From Bdellovibrionia bacterium (GTDB lineage Bacteria > Bdellovibrionota > UBA1018), in assembly GCA_045805065.1 (NCBI GenBank), contig JBJMMA010000180.1, positions 1-30,957 of the forward strand: DNA of 30,957 bases, read 5' to 3'. The position numbers were made by a program, and so were the translations under genes. Under the pieces are notes generated by a model. That model was not told where the DNA came from and ran no database searches. It saw only the letters and a program-made list of their open reading frames with translations. This document shows positions 1-9,963 of the stretch, in pieces. Position 1 is the first letter of the stretch. Every line of letters begins with the position of its first letter.

Positions 1-18
1 ATAACGGAGGCATCACCA

Positions 19-567
19 ATGCAGAGCGTAAATAGGATTCTTTTGATCTTGGCGGGGCTTACGGTTTGTGGAGCTGTTTATGCCGCGCAAGGCTCAATCC
101 CTGTGTCAGAGGATTTGGGCATTCGTTTTGAGGCAGTAGATGGGACCCAGGGGCCTCCGGAGAGTTTGAGACTTATCATGGTCAATCCACCGTCAGGTTT
201 GAGTCGATTGGACCTTGAAGATGCGATTTCGCCACTCCTGTTTGCAGCTGATTGCGGTACTCAACAGGTCCGCATCCACGATCAGGATTCGCTCATCGAT
301 ACCGATTGGTCGCCGGCTCAGAATGGCAATTTCGAATTCAGTCTGAACAGCCCATCGATTCGAGTCGTGAACGATGGTGCGGGCCATAGTAACTGTATGG
401 CTGACGTGAGTCTGCATATCCGCGGAAAACTGGATTGCCACAACGTGAATGCCCCGGGTCTCAGTGCTGAGATCGCATATCAGTTTCTGGAGTCCCGCAG
501 CGTGCGTGGGCCTGCTAAAATGTGCAGACTGCCCCAGGGTTCTTATCTTTACGGAAACATCAAGTAA
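19..567 (+). CDS. Hypothetical secreted protein
   Basis: 182-aa ORF with GGAGG at 7-11, an N-terminal signal-like segment (..VYAAQ) and several Cys; no recognisable family. Confidence 0.7.
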   Translation: MQSVNRILLILAGLTVCGAVYAAQGSIPVSEDLGIRFEAVDGTQGPPESLRLIMVNPPSGLSRLDLEDAISPLLFAADCGTQQVRIHDQDSLIDTDWSPAQNGNFEFSLNSPSIRVVNDGAGHSNCMADVSLHIRGKLDCHNVNAPGLSAEIAYQFLESRSVRGPAKMCRLPQGSYLYGNIK

Positions 568-589
568 GAGCGCCGGGCAAATTGAGGTT

Positions 590-1978
590 TTAGTAGATCG
601 CGTGGTTCAGTTCGTTGAAGAGAATGGCGTTCGTTGCAGGCACCATCTCCTCAGCGTAGTACCACCAGAAATATCCACCAATGTAACTCGCCGGTAGCGG
701 CGTACTTTGTGCCATTGGATAGAACTGATTGATCAGTTTGACTTCATAAGTCGATCCGCCCTGAGCTTTGACTGCTCCGATTTCTCCAAACCCGACTTTG
801 GAGTTTGGAAAAATCGCGGCCAATTGAGTGAATACGGAGGTCCAATTCGGTTGGATGTTATTGCATTGGTCAGGGTACCAGCTGACCAGGATGTATTGGG
901 TCCCCAACCGAACCTTCTCAGACTCCGCGCTTCGCTGGCTGGGTGAGAGGTTTAGCTGGAAGTTGTTCTTGATCCAGGTGAACATGTCGTTTCCACCGTT
1001 TGCGGTTGCAATGCAGTTCTTTGGATCTGAAGGCTCACCTTCATAAAAGAAAGTGATTGCAGAGGTGCCCTTGGCCGCAGAAACCGCATCGTAAGCCGCT
1101 TCAATTTTGCTCATCATTCCGATTCCAAGCCAATCACCATTAACTTCGTTTCCGATTTCCCACACGTCAACCATACTTCCCAGGGTGTTCAGATAATCCA
1201 GCGCTCGAGTCTGATAAGACGCTGCGGTAAATTTCTTCATATCTGAGGAATCAGCAATCTGTCCCATGATGTACGAGACCTTTCCGAGTTGCTGAATCGG
1301 TCCTGAGTAATAAGAGGGACTCATGCCATAGTCAAAGACCACGCGCGCAGTAGGCATATGAGCCAGCTGCGACAACGATGTCACTTCTCCGCTCACATTC
1401 GAGACGTCATCCAATGTGACCCCGTAGATCGGTGCAGGAATGGCTCGACCCATTGTGCCGGGAGAAGATTGAGTCGGCGAAGGGGATGGCGTCACGCTCG
1501 GACTTGGGCTCGGACTCGGAGTACGAGTCGGAGACGGAGAAGGGCTTGGAGGCGCCGAGACGATGTTCTCGTATTGTTGGTCGTCGTTGTAGTTATAGGT
1601 CGATACTGCGATCTTTTTGCTTCCGGCAGAGTTTGATTTGAAGTAAAAACTCACGCGATTTGTCCCGGCCTGCATCACCACTCCGTTCGATGCTCCAATC
1701 GAACAGGCGGAATCCTGAAAAAAACTTAGACCAGCGCTTGAGCCATTGAAATAGATGCGGGTCTTGCTCCGGACGTTTGCGGCGGCCCGGCTGGCGTCCT
1801 GGGCCTGTACGATAGTCGCAGTAGAGCACTTCCCGACGGCAAGTGTCTGAGCAGCCGAAATAATTACCATGCTCGTGGGGCTTCCCGCGTGCGCCGAACG
1901 AGGACACGCACATGCCGCAACCAAGAGTGAGGCAGATGCCAATCCCAAGCGATTTCGAATAGCGCCTTTTTCACCCAT
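590..1978 (-). CDS. Secreted glycoside hydrolase-like (clan GH-A type TIM barrel) protein with N-terminal Cys/Ig-like module and Pro/Ser/Thr linker
   Basis: Signal peptide (..SAHA), PS/PT linker at aa ~142-175, WEIGNEVNG (acid/base NE-like motif) and GFGEIG (candidate nucleophile); SD-like AGGGGG upstream. Confidence 0.7.
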   Translation of the reverse strand: MGEKGAIRNRLGLASASLLVAACACPRSAHAGSPTSMVIISAAQTLAVGKCSTATIVQAQDASRAAANVRSKTRIYFNGSSAGLSFFQDSACSIGASNGVVMQAGTNRVSFYFKSNSAGSKKIAVSTYNYNDDQQYENIVSAPPSPSPSPTRTPSPSPSPSVTPSPSPTQSSPGTMGRAIPAPIYGVTLDDVSNVSGEVTSLSQLAHMPTARVVFDYGMSPSYYSGPIQQLGKVSYIMGQIADSSDMKKFTAASYQTRALDYLNTLGSMVDVWEIGNEVNGDWLGIGMMSKIEAAYDAVSAAKGTSAITFFYEGEPSDPKNCIATANGGNDMFTWIKNNFQLNLSPSQRSAESEKVRLGTQYILVSWYPDQCNNIQPNWTSVFTQLAAIFPNSKVGFGEIGAVKAQGGSTYEVKLINQFYPMAQSTPLPASYIGGYFWWYYAEEMVPATNAILFNELNHAIY

Positions 1979-2048
1979 ATGAACCCCCTCTATCAGGTTA
2001 GGCTAATGGGCGGTTTTATGTAATGTGTCGAATCTACCTGAAATGAAG

Positions 2049-2079
2049 AGGCCCAGATCTCTTGTGAAGATCTGGGCCT
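2049..2079. terminator. Intrinsic terminator-like hairpin downstream of 2120..3916
   Basis: Perfect 12-bp inverted repeat AGGCCCAGATCT-N7-AGATCTGGGCCT with short T-rich flanks. Confidence 0.7.
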
Positions 2080-2119
2080 TTGTCAGCTGTAACTTGATCA
2101 GCGTTTATACTGAGTAAGT

Positions 2120-3916
2120 TTAATAATAAATCAGGTTTGAGATGTTCGAAATCGGCGTAATGCTATCGTAGGTGTTTCTGTCGCTTGAGTTAAACACCGC
2201 CGCAGGGGTCGCAACCCCGGATACAGGTGGCTTTGATTGTCCGCCGAAGGCGAAATAGAAGGCTTGGGTCGCACCTAGGAACATGTTGTTCGCATGAATT
2301 AAGTTGTCATGCATGAGATCTCCCTGCACATTTCCTGAGTCGGATAACAGAATGTCCCAACGCTGGTTACCCGTGAATTTATTGTTACTAATATTATTGT
2401 TGTATCCTAAATGAATTTGCATGCCGGTATCACTCTTTTGGATGATGTTGCCTTGAACGAGAACTTTGTTCGAGTAGTCATCCAGATAGATGCCATAACG
2501 CTCTGGCGCTGTCCCGCCGATGCGGACAATCTCACCCGTCACGTTTTGGACAAGGTTTCCAGTAACACTTGAATTGAGTTCGGGGTGTGCAGAGCCAGGA
2601 GGAGAGCTGATCAAGTAGATTCCTCCGCAGTCTCCGTGATTGATGCAAGCTCCGTCGACGACGTTGCCGTTCACCGCTGCATGGCTACTTGAGCCGACCC
2701 AGATTGCAGTTTTTCCTGAGTAATAGACGTTATTGTACGCAACCTGCGGGCTTACATCCTTATTTAGAAAAATTGCAGCGATCCCACCTCGATGCATGCC
2801 CACGTTATTGACATTGGAAAAGTTCGAATAAGTCACTTTAGTGCCGCTGCTTCCTACTCTTGCATAGATGCCGGAATGCAAAGCTCCGAGGATGCTGGAG
2901 CGATTCACTGTTAATCCCGTCGCGTTTGAAGCGTATATCGCGGCAAAGCTGCTGTAGGACACTTCAGAGTATAAAACCTTCAGACCATTTGAAGCAGTGG
3001 CCATGGAATCGAGATAGCCTCCATCGACGCCAATATAACCACCCACAACGCGTACATGATTCAGCGTGAGGTTTGTTGCACCACGTGCATCAATGACTCT
3101 CCGGGTATCAAAGGCGGCCATAAGGCGCGTGCCAGGGGATTGGCCATCGGGCATCCGCACATACAGCTTGCCACCGGCGCCATTGCTGATAAAGGCCCAG
3201 CCGGGTGATTTTGTGTTGGTAAGCATCCATAGCTTTCCTTCAAGATAAAATCTTTGCACATCGGGAGCGTCTTCAGCGCGAAGATCAACATCCGACTGGA
3301 CTCCCAGGGTCGCTGTAGCGGTTGCGCTGCTGTAGTTCGTTATCGTTCTTGTACCGATGACCCAAGGATATCTTCCCCGGTAGGTCATTTGTGCACCTAT
3401 GAGATCAGTACTCGGAAGTGATGGTAGATGGACAATACTATCCGCCGTCGAGCTATAGGTCGCTACGCTCGTTGGTTGCAGCCATTTGACCTCGCTGGCT
3501 TCTTCCGGGAAATGGGCCAGATCCAGAAGCTGGGAGTTCGCGAAAACTTGCGCCACTTGATAGCTAACATTCGCGACGTAAATGTTGCCCTGGTAAAGGG
3601 ACCATGAGTTTGGGACCGGTGCCGCGGGAATGATGACGGGGTCCATTCCGGTCGCGCAAGTTCCATTGGATTGGATAGTCACGTCTGTCGTGCCGATGGT
3701 CTTGATAGTGCCCATGTAGGTTGTTCCACAATCCAGACCAAACGGGGTTCCGCTGTTTACCACCAATGGGGTAGTCAAATTGGAAGTCGGACTCAGATAA
3801 ATGCGCCTGTCGGGAAGTGGATTAATCAGATTGGCAGCCATAGCTGTAACACTAAAGGCCGCGCAGACTGAGCTTGCTACGACGGATGTCTTCAAGAAGG
3901 TATCTAAAGCTCTCAT
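2120..3916 (-). CDS. Secreted right-handed parallel beta-helix (pectin lyase-like fold) protein
   Basis: Signal peptide (..TAMA); repeated Asn-rich strands with GIY/AIY/AIF/GIYLDD, and DCGGIY; SD GGGGAG upstream. Confidence 0.75.
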   Translation of the reverse strand: MRALDTFLKTSVVASSVCAAFSVTAMAANLINPLPDRRIYLSPTSNLTTPLVVNSGTPFGLDCGTTYMGTIKTIGTTDVTIQSNGTCATGMDPVIIPAAPVPNSWSLYQGNIYVANVSYQVAQVFANSQLLDLAHFPEEASEVKWLQPTSVATYSSTADSIVHLPSLPSTDLIGAQMTYRGRYPWVIGTRTITNYSSATATATLGVQSDVDLRAEDAPDVQRFYLEGKLWMLTNTKSPGWAFISNGAGGKLYVRMPDGQSPGTRLMAAFDTRRVIDARGATNLTLNHVRVVGGYIGVDGGYLDSMATASNGLKVLYSEVSYSSFAAIYASNATGLTVNRSSILGALHSGIYARVGSSGTKVTYSNFSNVNNVGMHRGGIAAIFLNKDVSPQVAYNNVYYSGKTAIWVGSSSHAAVNGNVVDGACINHGDCGGIYLISSPPGSAHPELNSSVTGNLVQNVTGEIVRIGGTAPERYGIYLDDYSNKVLVQGNIIQKSDTGMQIHLGYNNNISNNKFTGNQRWDILLSDSGNVQGDLMHDNLIHANNMFLGATQAFYFAFGGQSKPPVSGVATPAAVFNSSDRNTYDSITPISNISNLIYY

Positions 3917-4038
3917 AGGTCTCCCCTGAACTGTGTTTTATCTAGTCTGCCTACGCCCTAAATCCCGCTCAATGTGTCTTGAAAAACTTCACAATTCGCA
4001 ACGAGGCAGGTTTTGAAAAAGGGGTGTGTCAGCTTTGA

Positions 4039-6231
4039 CTAATTAATCGTACCTGATCCGTAGGGACCGGCAGGAACCGTGGCGCCATTGACTTTCAAGA
4101 TGCCGCCTCCTAGCGTGATCGAAGTCCCTGATGCCATGTTCAGAGTCTTATTGATGGTCAGATTATGGCCATTCATCAAGATTGAGCCCGCAGTGAGTGT
4201 CAGTGCTTGATTGGCTGTATTGAAGCTCAGATTCGTTTGAAGCGAGACGGATCCGCCGGATTTGTTCACCGTGATTGTTCCGGTAGGCACCGCGCCCGCG
4301 GTGTAAGTCACGTTCTGGACCGCGGAGCCTGAAAAGGTGAGCGGAAGCGCAAGGGGGCCGCTGGTAGTGAAAACCACATCCCCGCGGGCGTTGATTCCGC
4401 CGCCTGAAGGGGCAGCGGTGCTTGCGTTGAAGGTCAATGTTCCGCCTACATTCATGACATCCGTCAGAGTGTAGCTGAACCCTGCAAAGACCACATCGCC
4501 AAGAACCAGTCCATTGGTTGTGATGGTGGTGGTCACGCTCCAGACGCTATGGAAGTACAAGCTTCCTCCGCTGAAGTCCGCAGTTCCAGCCTGATAGATG
4601 AAATCTTTACCCAGATTGACGACACCTGAGAACACGATCGTGCCCGTCGAGTTCAGAGTCAGGCTTGGAAGATAGCTGCCCGATGCCGTGGTAATCGTCT
4701 GAGTGCCCGATCCATCAAGAACGATTGAGACTGAGCCTGTGATATAGCTTTGTGAAGGATCGGACCAGTGCGGCGCGGAAAGATTGCCATGCACATGGAT
4801 CGTTCCTCCGTAGATGTAGCCGGCATTTCCGCTCCAGTTGCTGGCATCCAGAGTCAGGTCTCCGTTCGCGGTGATTGTGCCAGTCATATTGTAGTGGACT
4901 GAACCCCATTTGAAACTCACATTGTTGAAAGTGAGAGGGGAAGCAAGGCTCAGCGTAGATCCGCCTCCGAAGACCACGTTGCATGCAGCCGCGCTTGTCG
5001 CATCAATCGTGCCTGAGGTGTAGATGAAATTGTTTCCAAAGCCGTTAGCGGTGCCGAAATAAACCGTTCCACCTGTCGATGCAATCTCAACGCCTGGCGC
5101 ATAAGCGGTGGATGAGCCAGTGATTGTCTGATTCGTCGTTCCGATAAGCCGAATCAGTGTACTGCCTCCGTTCCAATTGTTAGCGACGGTCAGGTCTCCT
5201 TTGAGAAGGACGGTTCCACCATTAAAAGTGCCGCTATTTCCTGCTCCTGAGGAATCCAGAGTCAGATTGCCATCCACATTCATAGTGCCTGTCAAAGTAG
5301 GCTGAATGCTTCCAACTCGAGCGAACTGAACATTTTTAAATACAGCTGATCCTGGATCGAGCGTAAAAGAATAACCAGGGAAATTGACGGTTCCACTGTT
5401 ATGAGCAAAAGTCGCAGAGTTTGAAATCTTGATGTCCGATGTCACAGTCAATGTCGCAGTGGTGGAGGTGAAGCTTCCTCCCAGAAGATTGAATGGACCA
5501 TTGTCAGTCATTGCGGCATTTCCGCCAGCGAACGTTCCCGCAAGCTGTGTCAAACCCCAGCCACCCAAGGTGATGGTTACGCCTGAGTTCTGCGTGATGG
5601 TTCCACTATAGACGGACTCCATTCGAATTCCCGCGACGTTGATGTTGGCGGCAATGGTCGGTGAACAATTGCTGACGCAAACGCCATTGAAGAGCGCGGA
5701 ATTGCTGGAGCCAGGAGCGCTTCCGCCAGACCAGTTGGCGCCGGTGGCCCAATTGCTGTTGCCGCCATTGCCCGTCCAGACATAAGGATTGGTGCTCAGG
5801 GTTTCGGTCTGGGACGCGCTTACGTATCCTGTGGCAGATGAGGTCAGTGTAATGGGGGAGGTCGCTGTATCGATGAAGTAGAAATTTGCTGTGCTGGTGG
5901 CGGCAGCGATCGTCACGCTGGTAACCGGGACTGTGCAGCCCGCGTCCGAGTAAAATGTGGTCGTGCCCGGACCACTCAGGTTGACGGTCAGGTTGGAAGG
6001 AACCGCATACGGGGCGCCACTAGGATTATAGGCCCTGACAGTCACGACGCCTGCGCAGTTTCCTGCGTATACGCTGAGTGCGGAGGTGGTGTACTTCAGC
6101 GAATAAACGCGATGGCGCCAGAAAGCAGTCTGAGGAAGAAACGCGTTTGCACCCTCGGGCACCATAAAGGTGCCGAGGAGGATCGTAGCTAACGCGGTTT
6201 GAAGTGCTGAGCACTTGAAAAGGCTTCCCAT
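4039..6231 (-). CDS. Secreted Gly/Thr/Asn-rich beta-solenoid repeat protein (adhesin/passenger-like)
   Basis: Signal peptide (..GANA), WTGNGGNSNWATGANWSGGSAP cap motif, and ~140-aa internal repeats (NVxF..TLTGTMNVDGNLTL / NVSF..MTGTITANGDLTL). Start ATG 6231 preferred over TTG 6243. No C-terminal beta-barrel seen. Confidence 0.7.
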   Translation of the reverse strand: MGSLFKCSALQTALATILLGTFMVPEGANAFLPQTAFWRHRVYSLKYTTSALSVYAGNCAGVVTVRAYNPSGAPYAVPSNLTVNLSGPGTTTFYSDAGCTVPVTSVTIAAATSTANFYFIDTATSPITLTSSATGYVSASQTETLSTNPYVWTGNGGNSNWATGANWSGGSAPGSSNSALFNGVCVSNCSPTIAANINVAGIRMESVYSGTITQNSGVTITLGGWGLTQLAGTFAGGNAAMTDNGPFNLLGGSFTSTTATLTVTSDIKISNSATFAHNSGTVNFPGYSFTLDPGSAVFKNVQFARVGSIQPTLTGTMNVDGNLTLDSSGAGNSGTFNGGTVLLKGDLTVANNWNGGSTLIRLIGTTNQTITGSSTAYAPGVEIASTGGTVYFGTANGFGNNFIYTSGTIDATSAAACNVVFGGGSTLSLASPLTFNNVSFKWGSVHYNMTGTITANGDLTLDASNWSGNAGYIYGGTIHVHGNLSAPHWSDPSQSYITGSVSIVLDGSGTQTITTASGSYLPSLTLNSTGTIVFSGVVNLGKDFIYQAGTADFSGGSLYFHSVWSVTTTITTNGLVLGDVVFAGFSYTLTDVMNVGGTLTFNASTAAPSGGGINARGDVVFTTSGPLALPLTFSGSAVQNVTYTAGAVPTGTITVNKSGGSVSLQTNLSFNTANQALTLTAGSILMNGHNLTINKTLNMASGTSITLGGGILKVNGATVPAGPYGSGTIN

Positions 6232-6449
6232 GTCATTCCACAAACGTTCAGTTAAATTGAGATAGTGTAATCTGGCGGTGTACTTGCTTATTTAAATTAT
6301 CGGCTAATTTCTAATGAAAGTGTAAAAAGAATGATGGATAAAAAGGCCGTGAAAACAGCGGCTTAAGTGTAAGTATTCACAGATGCTTAACAATCAGATT
6401 CAGGCTTGTTTTGGAGCGGATAGATCAACTGCCAAATGTCGAAAACTCA

Positions 6450-8837
6450 TCACGCGCCACGCTTGAGTTCCCGCAACCTTGGGCCTGCCACGGAACGCCG
6501 AGCAGGAGCTCGTCCGAAAGGTTGGCGTGGCTCAACACGATCAGGTGCAGGCGGAATCGCTCGTGTCACCGGCTCTGGCCCCTGGATGTCAAACGGCTCT
6601 CCATGATGTTCCATGCGCACGGGGCCTTTTCCACGAGTCAATGAGTAGGTGGCCGAACGAGTCGTGATATCGACGCGAATGCAATGTCCGCGATGGAGGA
6701 TTGAGAACGCAAGTCGCGTCAGTCCATCGGGAAGTCTTGGGGAAAATCTCAGGCAATCACCAAACACTCTGAGACCACCAAAACCGAACACAAACGCAAC
6801 CCAGGTTCCCGCAAGAGACGCCATATGCAGTCCGTCCCGGACATTGTGCTCGATATCATGCAGGTCCATGAGCGCGGCCTCGGCAGTATAGTCAAGCGCG
6901 AGGCGCAGGTGACCGGAGTCGACCGCCGCTGCGGCCTGCACACAGGCCGACAGCGACGAATCTCGAACGGTGATCTGCTCATAGTATTCGAAGTTGCGCG
7001 CCCTTTGCTCTGCCGTAAACGCGTAAGGGCAGAGCATCATGGCAAGAACAAGGTCTGGCTGCTTGACGACTTGTTTTCTATAAAGCTGGAAATAGGGGAA
7101 ATGCAAAAGGAGGGGATACTGCTCTGGCTTTGTTGCAGTGAAATCCCATTTCTCATGTTGGGTAAATTCTTCAGACTGAGGATGGATTCCAAGTTTTTCG
7201 TCATATGGAATGCACATTCGATCAGCGGCGGATCGCCAGCTTGCCATCTCCTCAACTGTGACGCCTAAATCTTGAGCCCGACCCTGATGGCGTGCGCAGG
7301 CTTCCACGGCGCCCCGCAAATTGCGCTGAGCCATGAGGTTCGTATAAATATTATTGTCTGCAAGTGCGCTGTACTCATCAGGACCAGTGACGCCGTCGAT
7401 TCGAAAGTTGCCCTCAAGATCGTAATGACCGAGTGATCGCCAGAGACGAGCCGTCTCAACCAGGATATCAATTCCCACGTCGTGCTCAAACTCCCGGTCT
7501 TCGGTCGTCATGACATACAGAAGAACGGAGAACGCCACATCCGCATTGACGTGAAACGCTGCGGTCCCCGCGGGCCAATAACCTGAGCACTCTTCGCCAT
7601 GAATGGTTCGCCATGGATAGGCCGCGCCAGCTAGACCCAGCCTTCGAGCATGCTCTTTTGCGATAGGAAGCGTTGAATGGCGCCAGCGCAAGGCGTCTGC
7701 CGCAGCCTTGGGCGCCGTCTGGGCCAGCATGGGCAGGACATAAAGATCCATGTCCCAGAATGAATGTCCGTCATAGCCTGTACCCGTTAAGCCTTTGGCG
7801 GGAATCGCTCTGCCTTCAGCTCTTGCACTACTTGAGAGCACTTGAAAGATCGCGAATCGAACAGCTTGCTGAAGCTCGGTGTCTCCCTCAAGTTCGACGT
7901 CCGCAGTGGACCAAAAGTCATCCAGATATTTGCGTTGCTCTTCCATCAGTGTATCCCAGCCAGTGTTGTATGCGCCGAGAAGGGCTGCAGCCACCTGATC
8001 GCGCAGCGCTGGACGGGATCGCTCGTGGGACCAACCATAGGCCACAAACTTGATGATCCGAAGTTTTTCGCCAGGCTCCAGTACATCGCTGACGACAAAA
8101 CGAGCTGAATCAGGGCCTGCCTGAGTCAGCGTCTTAAGATGGGGTGATCCCGTCACACGATGATCCATTGCCGCAGCCATTCGAAGTCCGCTCTTTTTTG
8201 TCCGGTGGATCAACAATGCACCGGTGCCTATGGCTTGGTGCTCCTCGGAAACGAGTGGAGACGCAATGGCCGCGGCAATTCTGGGATCCTTCGTGCCTGT
8301 TGGAACTTGCTCATTAGCGACAAGTTCCGACTGAACAACAACATTCACGCGCGCATTGAGAGGCTCGACTTCATACAGGATTCCGACAATTGAGCGATGA
8401 GTAAAAGATACAAAACGTGTGGAATTGATTCGTACGGTGCGCCCCGCCGGTGACTGCCATTCAGTAGTGCGCTTTAAAGTACCTGTTCGAAAATCAAGGA
8501 CTCGCTCATGCGACAAGAGGCGACCATAACGGACATCAAATGGCTCGTCATCGACCAGCAGGCGAAATAATTTCCCGTTCGTCACATTGATCAGCGTCTG
8601 ACTGGAGTCAGGAGCCCCGTATTGAGTCTCCGCCGTAGGCATCGGGCGCAATTCATAGAAGCCATTCAAATACGTTCCAGGAAGACCAAAAGGCTCTCCT
8701 TCATCAAGATTTCCGCGGATTCCGATATGACCGTTGGAAAGCGCAAAAAGAGACTCGGTTTGAGCAAGAACATTCAAATCGAGTGATGTTTCACGCAACG
8801 ACCAGGGCTCGATTCGAAAAGAAGGGCTGTGCATCAT
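6450..8837 (-). CDS. Glycoside hydrolase family 65 (trehalose/maltose/kojibiose phosphorylase-like)
   Basis: Motifs ESLFALSNGHIGIRG, KGLTGTGYDGHSFWD, GVTGPDEY, VVKQPD and DSSLS. Start moved to ATG 8837, which gives an ATGA overlap with the upstream stop. Confidence 0.92.
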   Translation of the reverse strand: MMHSPSFRIEPWSLRETSLDLNVLAQTESLFALSNGHIGIRGNLDEGEPFGLPGTYLNGFYELRPMPTAETQYGAPDSSQTLINVTNGKLFRLLVDDEPFDVRYGRLLSHERVLDFRTGTLKRTTEWQSPAGRTVRINSTRFVSFTHRSIVGILYEVEPLNARVNVVVQSELVANEQVPTGTKDPRIAAAIASPLVSEEHQAIGTGALLIHRTKKSGLRMAAAMDHRVTGSPHLKTLTQAGPDSARFVVSDVLEPGEKLRIIKFVAYGWSHERSRPALRDQVAAALLGAYNTGWDTLMEEQRKYLDDFWSTADVELEGDTELQQAVRFAIFQVLSSSARAEGRAIPAKGLTGTGYDGHSFWDMDLYVLPMLAQTAPKAAADALRWRHSTLPIAKEHARRLGLAGAAYPWRTIHGEECSGYWPAGTAAFHVNADVAFSVLLYVMTTEDREFEHDVGIDILVETARLWRSLGHYDLEGNFRIDGVTGPDEYSALADNNIYTNLMAQRNLRGAVEACARHQGRAQDLGVTVEEMASWRSAADRMCIPYDEKLGIHPQSEEFTQHEKWDFTATKPEQYPLLLHFPYFQLYRKQVVKQPDLVLAMMLCPYAFTAEQRARNFEYYEQITVRDSSLSACVQAAAAVDSGHLRLALDYTAEAALMDLHDIEHNVRDGLHMASLAGTWVAFVFGFGGLRVFGDCLRFSPRLPDGLTRLAFSILHRGHCIRVDITTRSATYSLTRGKGPVRMEHHGEPFDIQGPEPVTRAIPPAPDRVEPRQPFGRAPARRSVAGPRLRELKRGA

Positions 8838-9589
8838 GCGGCTTTTCTCTCCAGAAGGGAGGCCAGGTCTTGAACCACGATATCGGCGCCATGAGCGCGA
8901 AGCTCTGCCTCCTGGCCTAAGCGATCCACTCCGACAACGCAACCAAAGTGACCGGCTCGTCCAGCCTCAACGCCAGATAAAGCGTCTTCAAAGATCACCG
9001 CTCTTGCTGGATCAACACCCAAAGTGCGAGCTGCAGCCAAGTAAGTATCGGGCGCAGGTTTGCCTGCGAGATTCCGGGCGGAGGCGACATTGCCATCGAT
9101 CCTGACATCAAAGAGGTCTTCAATTCCGGCTGACGCGAGAAACTGCTGGCAGTGCTTGCTGGCAGACACCACTGCGGTCCGAAGTCCGGCTTCCCGTGCC
9201 GCCCGGACAAAGCGAACCGACCCTTCGTAAGTCTCCACCTGTTCACGTTGCAGCATCTCGAGCAGTTTTTTGTCTTTCTTTTGCGCAACCTCTCTGACTT
9301 TTTCATCAGGCAGATGGATATCCCGAGATTCAAGAAAGGATCGGGCTCCATCGACTCTGAGCTTGCCGTCCACATACTGAGCGTAATCATGAATGATGTC
9401 GAACGGGACGAGTGGCTTCTTGTCCACCTGTGCCATTGCGCGCAGATATTCATCGAATACCTGCTTCCAGGCCTCAGCATGGAGTTTCGCGGTGCGCGTA
9501 AGAACGCCATCCAAATCAAATAGGCAAGCCTGGATATTATCGGGAAGCTTTAAAACGCCGATCATTTGTTGAGGAGATGCAAGAAGCAT
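8834..9589 (-). CDS. Beta-phosphoglucomutase-family HAD hydrolase
   Basis: FDLDGV, VVSAS, GKPAPD and FEDALSG HAD motifs; coupled to the GH65 gene. Start could be 9565. Confidence 0.88.
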   Translation of the reverse strand: MLLASPQQMIGVLKLPDNIQACLFDLDGVLTRTAKLHAEAWKQVFDEYLRAMAQVDKKPLVPFDIIHDYAQYVDGKLRVDGARSFLESRDIHLPDEKVREVAQKKDKKLLEMLQREQVETYEGSVRFVRAAREAGLRTAVVSASKHCQQFLASAGIEDLFDVRIDGNVASARNLAGKPAPDTYLAAARTLGVDPARAVIFEDALSGVEAGRAGHFGCVVGVDRLGQEAELRAHGADIVVQDLASLLERKAA

Positions 9590-9661
9590 CGCAAGATAGA
9601 TTATCTGTCGAGTGGCTTACGGCGACATTTCTCGATGACCAGCGTTAAAGTCGCCCCAAAG

Positions 9662-9690
9662 TTGATTTGAATCGGCCTTTCTTTTAGGAT
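9662..9690 (+). promoter_or_regulatory. Sigma70-like promoter for DUF3820-modABC
   Basis: TTGATT-17 bp-TAGGAT, then 6 nt to the ATG at 9697. Confidence 0.5.
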
Positions 9691-9696
9691 GGCGCC

Positions 9697-9963
9697 ATGA
9701 CAGCGACCGGCCCTTCTGCTAGCGAGTCCGAAACTTCTAAGAATGAAACCTTAACGAATCGGGCCTTCCTCTCGGAGCTTTCCATGGCAAAGATGCCTTT
9801 CGGAAAATACGAGGGAACTCTTCTCATCGATTTACCCGAAGCTTACGTGGTCTGGTTTGCGCGCAAAGGTTTCCCCGAGGGAAAGCTTGGGCGAATGCTG
9901 GCCATCATTCATGAAGTGAAGGTCAATGGCCTGGAGTATCTTTTTCGTGGGGGCAGGGTGTGA
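9697..9963 (+). CDS. DUF3820 family protein
   Basis: KMPFGKYEG..LIDLPEAYVVWF..KGFPEGKLG..KVNGL signature. Confidence 0.85.
   Translation: MTATGPSASESETSKNETLTNRAFLSELSMAKMPFGKYEGTLLIDLPEAYVVWFARKGFPEGKLGRMLAIIHEVKVNGLEYLFRGGRV

Noticed and set aside
1455..1555. Tandem hexamer-like DNA repeat (GGACTC/GGAGAC)
   Set aside because: It is explained by the Pro-Ser/Thr linker coding sequence.
8838..8942. Longest-ORF N-terminal extensions (GH65 8942; also 12912, 20173, 24044, 25576)
   Set aside because: They overlap neighbouring genes or promoters, and downstream ATGs fit better.
9590..9696. Moco riboswitch or ModE box upstream of modABC
   Set aside because: Only a short GGCGAC/GTCGCC pair is present; no recognisable consensus, and the probable TSS is at the ATG.
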